Assembly: GCA_051362555.1 (NCBI GenBank)
Contig: CM120649.1
Location: forward strand, 6,200,001-6,264,000
DNA: 64,000 bases
Direction of reading: 5' to 3'
DNA from: Lingula anatina
Taxonomy: Eukaryota; Animalia; Brachiopoda
Shown: positions 23,966-38,100 of the stretch, piece after piece
Numbering within the stretch: position 1 is the first letter of the stretch
Layout of the letters: each line of letters opens with the position of its first letter
Notes under the pieces: model-generated
Seen by the model: only the letters and a program-made list of their open reading frames with translations
What the model was told of the DNA's origin: nothing
The model's database searches: none
Position numbers and translations under genes: made by a program

Positions 23966-25274
23966 ACATTCGTTTGATTATTATCAGAGAAAAGCCGTAT
24001 ATGAACGGAGGGCGGGCTAATTTCACAGCGCACGCGTGCTAAAATTCAAATTTACCACAAATCCTCATGGTAACGGAAAAATCAAGATTTCGAATCAGCG
24101 TTCTCGTGCTAATGTTTGAAATATGAAGAACTTTAACATATGATGTGGTTAATTGCTGATCACAGTGTCCGCTTTACCTAACAGCGGCGGTTAACAACCC
24201 TAGGAAAAGGAAGAAAGAATAGAAAATGATACTAGTACATGTACCTGGAACAAACTGGAACAAACGACCAATTCGGTTGTACAAAGTTCATCATAGGAAA
24301 GATAACACACTGCATGTACTAGAAATATGACATACGCAATTATTCCGATAATTTAGCAAACGACAAGGAAATTGTTATATATTCCCAACCTGTCTGTTAC
24401 AAAATTGGGCAAAATGCTCCCGTCGGATCGAAGATGATCAGCTGGGTGAAAAAAAAAGCTCCCCTCGGCAAAAAATATACTGATATCGTACTTCGAAGGT
24501 GGAACATTTGACAACGGTTGTCTCCTCTGCTACTGGTCCAGTTTATGAATGGGTGGGAGGAATGAGGTAGTAACATATAAGAGTAGACAACTTGGTCATC
24601 CCAAATCTCCCAGAGGGCTTTCGTGCAATTTTGTATCAGTAATGGAGAAGATAGCTATAAATTGTCCCCCAACCCTTTGAAAGCAAAGCATGCTATCTAC
24701 ATGTATCCTGAGCTCACCTACCAAATGGACAAAAGAAAAGAAATGAGGGGAAAAAAGAAAGAATGGGTATCAAATTAGGGATTCAGTTATCCTTTCTTTG
24801 TTTTGAGGCGATAGCGTAAAGAGCAATTTAGTTGTTCGAGGCTTGTGGTTAAGCTACTCTTTTTTACCTTTCCAAAGCATCGACAGAATCACATTGCTGT
24901 TTTCCAGCACTAAAGCTAATCAGGTCTGGTTTGAAAAGAGATAGTGCTGTGTCTTTGTGAGTATGAATTGTTTCTGAGAAACCTTTTCAACGGCACTTGA
25001 GCTGTAGGATCTCGTAGCCCAACAAAGAAAACAAAGCAAGACGCCATAGACATGCGGCATTCACATTACAGTTTTGTCGATTTCACAATGCCATATTGTT
25101 GTCGTTCTACCTGATTCTGATTGGCTCACGTCGTCCACCTAACGGCCTTGTTTCTTCTCTACCCCGTTTTAACCAATGACAATTTCAGATGTATAAGAAT
25201 ACCAAGGACCCTCAAGTATTAGAGATTTCGCAAGACACATTAACTGAGTATCAAGAAAAAGAAGCCACTCAAAA

Positions 25275-27830
25275 ATGAAAGTCTTATTAATGATTGTGCT
25301 GATAATCTATGTCTTGGTCAATTCTGAAAATAGTCAAAATGGCAAAGTTACCGTATTGCCGTCGTCAGGCAGACCTGCTGAAGTGCGGACCGACACCGTG
25401 ATAGTCAAATCGGTAAGTTCAGTTAGGCCTGGAACTATCGGCTATCGCGATGAACAACTGTCTAATACTAGTAGAAAGCCTACACATGAAAGCCACAGTT
25501 CTCCCAAGATCAACGAAAGCGCTCCAGATCCGCTTTTGAAGTCAACCGCCTGCACGGGAGCCTCCAGTCGATTTTTGGTGCCCAATGGGGATGTCACAAA
25601 CAATACATATTGCAACCAAACAGAGGAGAATGCACCGCACGGAAACGATACTTACTCCGGTCTCCCCCAAGCGGTCTCAAACCTAACTTCTGATACGTAT
25701 AACACTGCGATTACAAGTCAAGCCCCCACTGTTCACCTTAGGCCTAAATTGGAAGAACCAAGTAAAACCTATTCAATGGAATATGCACGCCGGAGACTTA
25801 CACAGCTTAACATAACAGTCAACAGCCTGTTCTGCGCCGAAGAGAGGGCTGGTTCAACCACTAACGTCGTTCTCGTGACCTGCTACTGCGACGACTTGTG
25901 TCACGTTTTTGGCGATTGCTGTTGGCCATACGGTCACTTTTGCAACGATACCAAGCTCACGGGGATTGAAATACAGAAAAATAATACAGAATGTTGGTTG
26001 CAGGCGACTAAAGAAAATTACGAAGTTAGTGCTAAATACTACTGGATTGTTTCTTCTTGTCCAAGCCACTGGCAAGATGAAAATGTCCGCCAAAAATGTG
26101 AGTTCAAAGGCTTGTCTAACGACATTGATATAATGCTACCTGTTTCATCAACATGGGCAAACCTCACGTATAAAAACGTTTTCTGTGCAATATGTCACAA
26201 GGCAACAACTCGCACAGCATGGAAACCCAGGGTAGTGTGTCTGACCTCCCAAATCGAAGTTTTTAGAGATGTAACGAACGTCTCTGAAATTTTAGACCAG
26301 ATTGAAATGATTCCGGATTGCATGATGTTCTTTGATGCACCAGACCATAATCCTGGACGACCATGCATAGGTCCTGGAGGGGGGCATGACCCTGCGAACG
26401 GACAAAATGACAGACGTTGTTCAAGGTCATTAGACGCCGAGTCCGCACGTATCTGCCAGTACGGGCCTGTGTCGTTGACTTTTTATAGGCGTCCAAATGG
26501 TCACGCATATGGTCAAAATGTATTCTGCTGGCTTTGCCTTAGACAACCAGATTCTATTCCAAGCATTCAGGAATGTGACGAATATGGTAAGTCGTTAAGT
26601 AACTATTTTCTATTGAAGTCATAATCAGATATCAGATCGTCCCGCCAACCTTTTATCCACTATATTAAATGGATGGCTTTTTGGTCTTTACCAAGTTAAA
26701 TGTTGCTTAAGAGGTTGGTGCAACATTAAATATTTAGTTAATTTCTTAAGCACATGGCTCTTTATTACTGAGAGACGAGCTTCTTCCTGAGTGTTTAACA
26801 ATTCAACCAGCCAGAGCAGGAAGTAACCTACAGGTGAGTGGAACTGTTCTTTCTTGTCACGATCTCCTTAATACTTTTTCCCAATAAAACCCCCACCCCA
26901 CCCCACTCCACAAAGACAGGTATACGCATTGGCACGCGGCCATGTCGAGTACCTGGTATTTATTTAGATTCTGCAAAAGCATATGGTACCAATGATTCAC
27001 AGCAACTTTATCTGTGCTGCTTCACCCACAGTGGTCTCTTGGAGCTGCGAACATGAAGCTGTCTTGGCTTGTTTGCGTTCTTTTTCTATATACATACAAC
27101 AAATAATGCATATAGTATTGACCTTAATGTGGAAAATAATATGAAAATTTTAGAGATATGATTAAATACGTTTTCCAGTAATTCTGAGGGCCTATATTTA
27201 GGCCTAACTGTACATACGCCTTGGTCTTAAAATAAATAAAATAATATAATTATGTTACATGTACCTATAATCAGTGATTTGGTGTCAAACTGACACAAAT
27301 CAAAACAGATAATTCGGCGCTGTGACTTATTAAGGTCAGTTTTTGCCTGCACAGTTTCTTTTCTTCCCATTGTATCTCATTACTTACTTTTGAACTAATT
27401 TTACTTTTTCTCAGATGAAGCAGCGATGAAGGCTTTTGAACCAAATGGTTTCTCTGCCTTGATAGATTATCAAAGGGAATCCCGTTGTCAGGAACACCGG
27501 AATCAAGTAAGCATGGGATGTCTATGGAATCTAAATATCTAATGCTATATCGTTTCAAGTGTGTGTGAGCTTCTTTCAGTTTTTTGTAATTGACGAAAAC
27601 CAGCCTTTTCTCTTTGCTTTAGCAAATGAATTTGAACAAGATGTTGATATCCATTGCCTCGTTTAAAGATACATTTAAAGTCAAAGTTTTGCCTCAAAAC
27701 CCAACCAGACCAAATACCACAATATAGTTTCGTATAGTATAGGCTACGTACCTGTAGTTTAGAGAAATACGAAATACCAAAGGGCTTAGTTCATGTTTCC
27801 TGTAAATCATATTTCAGCGGACATTTTCTG

Positions 27831-27878
<48 letters not shown>

Positions 27879-28954
27879 CTTTTGGGAAGGGGGGCTTTAA
27901 ATATTCCTCAGCAGTTTAATCTGCAAAAGTATGCAATTTCGCGCGCAGATAAATGCACCCCTGCATACATCCATACATGGGAGTGAGAGTGATGATTTTG
28001 CAATTCACCCGTAGTACTACGTATATACATTATTTACGGACGAACAAATATTTGGAGAAGATGCAGTTTCAATGCTATTTTGGCCAAAAAGAGGGGTATA
28101 ATTATTTGGCTTACGATTTGGCATTCTCTCATATAGGAAACTACTGGACCCGATTTATATGCGTTATGGGAAACCTTTATTTAGTATGGTTAACGGTCTG
28201 CAATATGTATTCTTTAAACGAAATCTATAAACATAAATTGCACTCGCAATTATAAAAATGGTTTGAAACGATAAAAAGGGACACAGTATAGACAAATACA
28301 TGTATATTTTATTTGGATAATGCATGCTGTGCACATTGAACTGCAAATCAACGCATTACCAACTTTTTTGTGCTTTTATTATTTTTATCCCCTTTCCAGG
28401 ACGACTGTCAGCAGATCACTAAATGCCCAAAGGATGAAAGATGGTGCAGGCTACCCATATATCTTACTGGTATGATCAACCTACAGTTCAACTTAACTAT
28501 CATATTCACCCCAAAACAAGTCATCAAGCAACCCTGCAGCCTTACCTACATTTGTGGGATACAGTACAGGCTTTTCTTGGAAAGCATACCTAAGTTATCG
28601 CCAGTTGGCGTTTGGGAGGCCTATAAGTTTATGGATCCTTTAGCAGAGTGCACTCTCCCATCGAGTGAGAGAAATTACGTCGCTACCCTTTTGCCGGTCA
28701 GGCTAAAGCGAAGCGTTCGCCGTCTCCAAGATGCCACTCCATTGTTTGAGTCTCTTGAGGATCAGGTAGATGCTCTGATTCAGAAGAACTACCGCAATTA
28801 TACTTACAATAATCTCGATTTTGAAGTCGGCATCGTTAAGGACCGCAGAGAAGAATTCGAAACTGCAGTCCATCCAATATCCTCTCTCTCCCGGGGCCGA
28901 GACAATCTTATACTCTGGCAGGTTCTGATAGCATTTATCATTCAGAACATCTAA
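25275..28954 (+). CDS. Secreted or GPI-anchored somatomedin-B-domain, Cys-rich protein resembling the ectodomain of invertebrate SMB-containing GPCRs; 3 exons, 652 aa
   Basis: Exons 25275-26586 (phase 1, G|GTAAGT), 27415-27506 (CTCAG|...CAA|GTAAGC, encodes FSALIDY) and 28400-28954. Signal peptide MKVLLMIVLIIYVLVNS, S/T-rich stalk, SMB motif CYCDDLCHVFGDCC, WIVSSCP...CE...PVS...TYKNVFCAICH, second NVFCWLC repeat, hydrophobic C-terminal tail. Confidence 0.8.
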
Positions 28955-30298
28955 AATGATCAGCTACCTTTATAAACAATGTATAATTTTACCGCAGTCA
29001 TTCACAGCTGAAATGAGATAAAGTGTGGTAAAGAGATTTGGGTCGAGTGTCAAGGACTTTGGGCGGCCACTTCAGCCGCTGCTTTACCTTAAATCGATCG
29101 CTGTTTTGTGTTACGCAACAAAAGTTGGTCTTTGCTCAGTCTTGCACATATTTATCTGTGCTGTAATAGAAATAGTTAGTGCTACTGTATTAAACTTTGT
29201 AACTAAATATTAATGAAAAGAAAAATGTCACCCATCTTCTTGATCCAATTAACGTTGCTTGCTGGCCGATGACATAATGTGGATCAGTGAAGAGATGGCC
29301 CAAAGTCTTGTGTCCCACATGTAGCTAAAAGTCAAAAAGGTTTCTTTGGATTTGGAGAAGAATGGGATAAGAAATAATAACAGACTAGTATATTTTAAAA
29401 TAAAAACGGACAATTTATCAAAGGATATTTTGGTTGTTTTCTCTTAAATATGAATATGAAGTCAAATCTAGTAAACGCAACCAAACGCCATCATATTGTT
29501 TCACATAGCATAACTAAAGATATGCTGAAGGGTATCGTCTCATATTTCCCCAAAAAAATGACATTCGAACAGATGTTCTTCTCCTTTCTTTTTGTGCTAT
29601 ATATAGCCCTTAGTTATTTCCGTCAAATTGTATTACTTACCATCCCTTTGCAGAATTGCTAGTAATAATTATTGAGTTTGTAGCCATGATCTTTTCTTTT
29701 TTAAGCAAAGCCCAATAATATATACCTATGCTTATTCTTCTACGTAGACCGGTACAACACTGCGGGGACTCTTGCTGAGTACTGTTTCCAACGTACTTGT
29801 AAAATCACCAGCTTTTGTGAATGCTACACAACGCCAGGAGGCCTGATATTCAGTTAAACTGATTGCACTCAGCAATAGTCCCCGGAATTGGATCGATCTA
29901 TGATGGTGTATATGAGAATGGGGTCAAATATATAATTCTACATCCGTAAAATAAACTCATATGCGCTTTTTTTTTATTTCAAGTAAATTGCATGTAATGT
30001 TACGTAAATTCATACTGAAGAGACATTTCTGCTTTCTCCTTAAAATAGATAAAAAAATTTCCGTCAAACGAATCTATCATTAACCAACAGAATATATTTC
30101 CAACAAAGCGTAACTTCCGTAGTAAATGTTAATTATAAGACCCAAAAAAGAGTGTTTTTCGTCGCCGCACGCGCACTTTTAACCTTGCGCACAATTTTTT
30201 TTCTGATTATGAATGGAGGCCGTGCGTGCACGTGGCCATTAATGGCTATACTCTGTTATAATCTCTTAAGTGATTATAACAAAAAAAAAACTTTTTAG

Positions 30299-30342
<44 letters not shown>

Positions 30343-30789
30343 AGGGACTAACTTTGAATGTAAAAATGGATTCATTAATTAACCTTTGGAAATTATTGGA
30401 AAATTGTTGTTTATTCCAGAAAAATTCATTTTTTGGCCAAAACGAAGTGTAATTATTCCTTTAACTTATAATTTAAGCTGAAATTTCAAAGTTGCTGGCC
30501 GGCTCCCACCATCCAGGTCAAAGATGCTGAAGCGCAAACGAAAACTTGTCATTGCGTTAGCGCTGCCTGAACGCTGTCTGATAAAAGCACACAAGCGACA
30601 CGTGTCTCCAGTATTTGACTTGTGACTGCACATAAATATGCATGTTGAGCTTTTTGACAATCATTAATTTACATGTTCCTTTTATTCTGCGCATTATCAC
30701 TGAGAGAAAAGTTCAAACAATTAACCATTTTCATAACATCAAAGGCCCGAATTGTGGAGATCTACCAGTAGACAGAATGTATATGTAAA

Positions 30790-31365
30790 CTAGAAAACAC
30801 TAGTGGGCTAGATTTGGTCTTAAAGTGCAATTTAAGTTCACAAGTGATCTTACACGATCTTAATCATTACAGCAGTAGTCTTAAAATGGACTGAATCTAC
30901 TTTTAAGATCAAAAATGATCTAACATCTACTTAAGTGGTCAAGCAGTTTCCTCCCCTCACAATGGGGGATACCTCCCCTCATAATAGAGGACACCTCTGC
31001 TCACAATAGGAGAATGTGTAAGGGGAGACAACTTAATTGGCTGTCAGACTAGAAATGGTCTTACTCATGTTTTAAGATCATGTAAGACTATTTGTGTTCT
31101 TAAATTGTATTTTAAGACCAAATCAAGCCCACTAGTGAAAGCACTCCGAGAGCGCAGACCTCCGCCAAGGCAGCGATTTTTTTATTATTATTGATTATTG
31201 ATTGATTATAGGTTCACCACCAAAAACTAATCACTTCTAAGTTAACCCATTTCCCACCTACCCTGAAAATTTCATCAAAATCGGTCCATAACTTTTTGAG
31301 TTATGTTGATGACAAACAGACAGACAGACAAACAGGGGTGAAAACATAACCTCCTTGGCGGAGGT
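30790..31365 (-). mobile_element. Helentron/HINE (DINE-1-like) non-autonomous element
   Basis: Sub-TIRs ACCTCCGCCAAGG (31158-31170) and CCTTGGCGGAGGT (31353-31365). Short hairpin GCACTC-CGA-GAGCGC (31141-31155), terminal CTAG (30790-30793) and an internal (ACAG)n microsatellite. Confidence 0.65.
30798..31137. mobile_element. CACTA-ended MITE nested in the HINE-like element
   Basis: ~40-bp TIRs CACTAGTGGGCTAGATTTGGTCTTAAAGTGCAATTTAAG / CTTAAATTGTATTTTAAGACCAAATCAAGCCCACTAGTG, flanked by AAA on both sides. Confidence 0.8.
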
Positions 31366-31719
31366 GAAAAAAATTGAAAAAAAAGAAGAAATCTAACGCA
31401 CCATTTCGTCGCTTTTTAAATATACCTGACGAAAAACTCAATACTTCTTATGCCTAATATATCAATACAACAATACAAAGTAGAATACAACAGCAAAAAT
31501 CTTGTTCACAATTGGCACCTAGTAAATCGTAGCCTAACAAGAGACTGTACATATACCTTCGTGCAGATTTATATCTTATTAAAGCATAAACAATTATGCA
31601 TAACTAAATAAATAACTACTCACTCTATCACCTGTGGTCCTAAAAGATTAAATTCCTGACTGGAATATTAGCTGTCATGTTCTCTGACCTGATAGGACAA
31701 CCAGTTTTCTAGCTTAAGA

Positions 31720-31878
31720 TGACATATGGTGGCCATCTTGTTGCCTGACATGGCTAGTCTCCAGGCTCCAGTCAGTCTTATATGGGGAACATGAGCTAGA
31801 GCTTGGCATCGGCTGCGAGTAGATTATAAATGTTCCTGGACTGTTGAACTTGAATAAACTTGGACTTGAAAGATACAG
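31720..31878 (+). promoter_or_regulatory. Probable promoter and non-coding first exon of WRAP53
   Basis: YY1-like GCCATCTT at ~31732. Donor CAG|GTATGT at 31878 and acceptor TTTTTCAG at 32188, 7 nt before the ATG. Confidence 0.5.
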
Positions 31879-32084
31879 GTATGTTTTGTGTGTAAACAGA
31901 TTATCAAAACGCTAGAACAAAAGTGTTCGATGCTTCCGACTCGTGAACCGAGGCCGGTAGAGTAGAGCATGGTTGGATATCAATTTGATTGAAAGTACAA
32001 GGGTGATTATTTTGATTGCCAATTTTATAGCGTTAGATTGAGGATGCATGAGCCTCATGATCAGTGAGAAAGTAATGAACACAG

Positions 32085-32136
<52 letters not shown>

Positions 32137-32195
32137 GACAAACTAATGTACTTCCCATCTCATTGATATCATTCTAAATATTTTTCAGTGTAGGG

Positions 32196-35100
32196 ATGGA
32201 AGGCAGTGTCGCTTCTCAAGAGAATCTTCAGAGCACTGGGAAAGAAGAAGCACATGTAGATGCAGAGTCTGAAAAAGATACAGGCTTGGCAGTAGAATGT
32301 CCCAAAAATGAAATGGAACAAAATCAACAGTCATCATCTCTTGGTTTGAAGGGGCCATCTTTACAAAAAGACGGCAGATTACAAAAAGATGGCGATGATA
32401 GCTCATGTCTTGTAACTAAAATTGACAATACTCTGAAAGAGGTGCAAGACAGTTCATGGCAAATTAACGTTAACACGACTTCAGTAAATGACAGAGTATC
32501 TGGGGAGCCAAGTGAAGGAGTGGCTATTGAAAAGACTGGAAACAGTCAGTCAGAAACAGAGCCTTCTGAACTGGCAAGCGTGGCTTCTTTTGGAAGCAGT
32601 GCCATCTCACAACCAGAGACTAGGAATGTCTGTAAAGATGTCAAAGCTTGTCTTGACAGTAGTGCCACCTGTCAGACAGTGGCTGACCCTCCACCAAACA
32701 AGAAGGCAAAAACTGATGGAGCCCAGGACTGTGACAGTAGTCTGTCTACAAAGTAATTTTTGTCTTCCTCCTTTCTAAGTAATCTCCTAGTCATAGTCTA
32801 TTGGATTGAAAACTTGGGTGAATATTAACGGTATTGATTCTCACCTCTCCCTTTATTCCATCATTTTTCACGAAATAAAAAAGACCCTAATATCACTGAT
32901 AAAATTTTACATATTGCAAAACAGAATTATAAACTTGGACAAACCAGCCATTCAAGTTGACAGTCCTGCAAAATATGAGTATAAATAGTAAAAAAAGGAA
33001 ATCTCTGGCTAAGAAAAATTTATACATTGTAAGGTCTAACTCCTACCAGTGCACAAGTATGCATGGCATGCACTCATACGACTCTCTCACACAAACACAT
33101 ATACACACACATACATTTACATGCGCACGCACACACTAAAAGATACATGTACAATTACTACAGCTATAACATTGATTCCTTTGCTTCAATTTCAGTTGCT
33201 CCTATAACTTTGACTATGTCCCTACCTCTGTGGCCAGTGCTGTAGAGGAGTTTGATGCTGTGGCAGGAAACTTCTTGAAAGGCTGCAAGTGGTAAGTTAA
33301 AGGAAGTTCAAAGGTTAAAGGTCTAGGAAGGTCAAAGGTCAGCCTACGTTATTTTACGGAATAAAACCATGTATACAGTAGTTATTTTTCCAAGCTAGTT
33401 CCAGTACATTAAAAAATGTAACAGATAATATAAAGCTTTGCTAGCAGATAAAATAAACAGGGTCAAGGAGTATTATAATGTCACCCCCCACGGCCACCCC
33501 CCTAAAAAAAAATAAATAAATAAATGAAATAAGAAAGAAGAAAGGGGTGCAAAAGAGAGAACAATGGGGAAGAACTTATTGCATTTTTATGCAGGTTTTA
33601 TTACCTTTACTTTGGAGCCAAGGGCCTGATTCCCACAGACACCATCTGTCTTCGTGGATCGACCCAACTCTGCAGAGCCTGGCTGACTGCAATCAGCTTA
33701 ACTGAATGGCATGGTTCCTCCTGGTGTTGTTAGAATGCAGAAAAACTGGCGAGCAAAGGAGTATGTTGGAAACAAGAGGAAGTGTGTCATTTAGTTAAGC
33801 TGATTGCACTTAACAAGAGTCCCCACAGAGTTGGGTCGATCCATGTGCACCAATGGTGTCTATAGGAATGGGTTCTTATTTGATTTACCTTATATACCTA
33901 TAGATGCAACAATTACAGGTATATATGCTGAACCATATAATTATTTGCAAAAGGCCCAAGAAAAGAGATGTCATATTCCTTCTCTGAGAATGGCAGGTAC
34001 TTCTTTTTATTTTTCTATATTTCTGTCACTGATTGTTTTCTCAGGTCACCAGATGGCACCTGTGTGCTGACCAACAGTGATGATGGCTACCTCCGTATTT
34101 TCAATCTTCCTCAAGAGCTTTATGGTCAAGGGTCCAATGGTGGTCAGGATAGTCCAGTCACATCTGATGGCCATAATTGTCCAGAAATGGTGGGTTGATA
34201 TAGGCTTGAGGCATAATATTAATCACCATATCTGGGGTAGCGGTAGCAATTTTTTTTTGCTTAGCCAAATCACCACATTTTTGTCAATTTGTTACCAAAA
34301 TGGTTATAATTTGGCTAACACATGTCAAATCAAGCCCTTTTTCTTTAGCCAATTGAAGTCAGTTTTAGCATTTGGCTAAATTGGCGAGTGTTAGCGCTAC
34401 CCCAGCATATGCATTATCAGAAAAGAAGTTGAAATTCATCAGCTGTGTTATGCTCTAAAAAGTGGAGTTGGATTGACCTATGTAGAATGATAGGTCATTG
34501 GGAATGAACCCTTTATCTCAGACTGCATCGGGCCTTAGACTTTTTTACGTTAAGAGGTCACATGTGACATCCAATCTCCAATATTGATTAAGTTTGTTTT
34601 TGTTTGGGCGAGAAATTTGTCTGAAGAAAGAGTATATTAAAAAGAAAAAAAAATACAGAAAGAAGTTGAAGGGAGATTTTTCAACCATTGATTTCAGAAA
34701 TCAGCCTTAAGGGTCTTAGAGGGAGAACTGGTTTATGATTACAGCTGGTATCCCCTGATGAATTCCATGGAACCCGCAACATGCTGGTGAGTGTGATGGG
34801 TTTTATTATCTCATTAGCATGTATCTTATAATAAGAAGTATATACTTTAACTTGATTTTCGTGTTATTTTGTTCAAAATGTTGGTGTTTTAATGTGATAG
34901 AATTTATAATACTGAAAAAAGATAAGGCATGTCAGTACATGGGTAAAAACTTTCATGATTATCAGTCTTCTTTTTTTTTCATATGGAATAAATGCAGTGA
35001 GAAATTGCAAGCTCATTTCTAGGATTTTCAGTTTTTACAACATTCACCCATGTGACAGTTATGTATATGTCTTGAGCTTGTTGAGCTAGATTGAATTATT

Positions 35101-38100
35101 TATATAGCTATCACAAACTTTAAGTGGGGAGTAGGAGTGGGATTGTTTCCCACTGTTGTCATGTTGTGCATATTATAACTTTTCATTAATGAGGGAGAAT
35201 ATCAGCTTGTGTTGTAAGAACAAAGCAATGACTTGACACATGGTCACTGTTAGCAGAGTGATCTCTCTCATTAGAAAGAAAATAAGTGCAATTGCACACA
35301 TTCAATAGAGTCACACATCTTTTTCAATTACTCTCATATTTCCACATATTAATTTTATTAATTTATATCCGTAATATCCGTGATATTTATTTTCCATAGT
35401 ATTGACAGTACCAGCAGGGACCCAGCTGTCAGTGTTTGCATATTAAAAGAAAATAAGTGCAATGACAAATATTCAGTGGAGTGACATACCAGTATCAAGA
35501 ACTCTCACATTGGATTTCCACATTTTATTTTTATTTTTTTGATTTGATTTTAATTTTTAATTATTTTTTCCGTAGTTTTGCCAGTACAAGCAGGGAAACC
35601 CCTGTGCATCTTTCCACATATTGTTTTTATTATTATTATCTGTTTTCCATTTTTTATTATTAGTTTTTTTTTTTTTTTTTTTTTTTTGGTAGTTTTGCCA
35701 GCACCAGCAGGGACACCCCTGTACACCTGTGGGATGCCTTTGATGGACAGTTAAGGTGTAGTTACCGAGCTTTCAACCAGATGGTGAGTACAAAGAAGCT
35801 GTTGGAGCTGTGTGATGTCATACGAGACAAAAAGACATGCGAGAACGCACCTGGGGCTGGGGTGACCTTTAGGAAAGAATGGGGAAACCCTCTTGACTGG
35901 AAATATTGTCTTTGAAAACAATGCTTAAGTAACATGAAGCTTGTGTTGAATACTGAGATGTACAGTTTCACAAAAGACAGTTTTACAAAAGACTGATTCT
36001 ACAGGCCTTTGGAGATAACAATCAGAAAAAAATATCTGTGGTTATAATCCAGGTTTTTTCTTTTGTTGCAACACAGCTCTCGCTGCTCTACCATCATTTA
36101 GCCCCACTTGCTTAAAAGTCACTTAGGTGATCTCCTTTTATTTGATACCAAGTCTTTAAGATGAAATATTTATTTGCCTAGTTTAAGAGTGCATTTCCAA
36201 AGATTTAGATCGATACAGAGATTTAGATTTAGATCGACCTAACTCCCTAGGGGTTCATGCTATATTGCAGTCAGCTGAGCGGGCACCATAGTTAATTACC
36301 CCCTTACAGCTTTTAGTAGGCGGGACATACGCTTAAGCTGGCTAAGCTGACAGTAATCTAGTGACACTCCCCACAGGGATAGATCGATCTAAAATCTATG
36401 GGGATGGGGTCTAAAATGTAACACAATTATCCACATAATTAACTTAATATTTTCCAATTCAAATAAAAAGATATTCATCAAAACTTTTCACAAGGCATTT
36501 ATTTTTGATAATGTTTTATTTTTTATTTGTTTGTAACTTTGTTTCAGGATGAACTGGTAGCTGCCCATAGTATCGCCTTCAGTCCACAAGGAGAGCAGAT
36601 CTACTGTGGTTTTAACAAGATGATCAGAGTTTTTGACACATCAAGACCTGGGAGAACATGTCAACAGAGACCCACTTACGGTACGTTATACCACATTTAG
36701 AGGCAGTACCACTGGGCCCTTGCTAAATACCAGTAAAATTACCGCAGAGTCACGCCCTGTTTGTTGAGCTCAGAAATAATGAGACGGTACCAAAAGTATC
36801 AATGTTAAACAACTTACCTGGTTACTTTTTATAAGGCCAGCCCTCTTTTAGGAATGGATTGTGTTACATAAACACAATGCATGTTTGCTCACTGCTTTAT
36901 CAACAGACAATAGTTTGGTGAGTCATGGCAGCACTGGGTGTTATCACCTGTCTAAACAGACTGTGACCACAGAGGTGTCAGCTCTAATACCCTATAATTA
37001 CCACTGTTAACAAGCAAGTTACTTTTGGTAACAAAACGTAACAAACGGATAACAATCTTGAGCGTTCTTACTGAGCTCAACTGTATCTGATACAGTTCAA
37101 TGATGCACCCACATTAATTGTTTACTTATATTTCTTGCATCTCCCTTGTGGAGACTTCAGCCAGCCCCATTCAGACTAACTAGTCAGAGTGTCATATATG
37201 GTCGACCCACTTGAATACTTCCCCACAGGATATCTATTCAGTGTCTTTTAGCGGATTAGACAAGTTTTGTAGTGGGTCACCATATTTGACCCTTGGACTA
37301 GTTAGTCCCCTATTCTGAATGGGGTCTAAGAATGCAGGTGGATCTATTCTCACTCTCGTTATGAATCTACACTGTACATATTTGATCACTGAAAATACTG
37401 AGAATTGTCCCATGTGTATTCTCAGTAGACTGGTAGAAGTCTCCAAGAGAGACGCAAAATTGTGAACTCGACAAGAAATTTAAGTCCTTTAACAGATTTT
37501 AAAAGCTTAATTTTCACATTATTTTGTTTATTATAAGCATCAGTTTTGTGAAGGTTTTGAAGATGTTTCATTGTGTTTGGATAAATGCCAACAATTTATT
37601 GGATATGCATGTAAATCCCCTTGTACAAGTAAGCCTGAATGAATAGCAAAAAAAAAAAACATTTTCAAGAGTAGTTTATCCAGTAGATTTCAGAAAATTA
37701 AATTCCATTTAAGAGACAAGAAACAGTATTTAATAAATGCTTTTTATGCTATCTCCAGTGAAAGATGGCCAGGCAGGTATAATATCCTGTATAGCCTTCA
37801 ATCCCATGGGTGACATGTATGCCGCTGGCTCTTACTCCAAATCTGGTAAGTTATTAGTTTTTCACTGTTTTTAGAACAAAACTCAAAGAAGCTCCTCTTT
37901 CCTTATAGATGAGGTACTCGGTGAAATAAAATGTGCACACAGACTTATAATGCCATAAGTCTGCAATCACCTTTTATGTGCATATTCTGCTGTAAATATA
38001 TTATTTATTTTAGGGTCCAGTGGTCCCCACATGTCCTGAAGTGGGAGATTATGCATTGACCTGAATAAGGTTTAATTTAAAAATGATTCTAGCTGTTTTT

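Noticed and set aside
29000-32195. TP53 head-to-head with WRAP53, as in mammals
   Set aside because: No p53-like exons are recognisable on the minus strand. The region consists of repeats and the 3' flank of the SMB gene.
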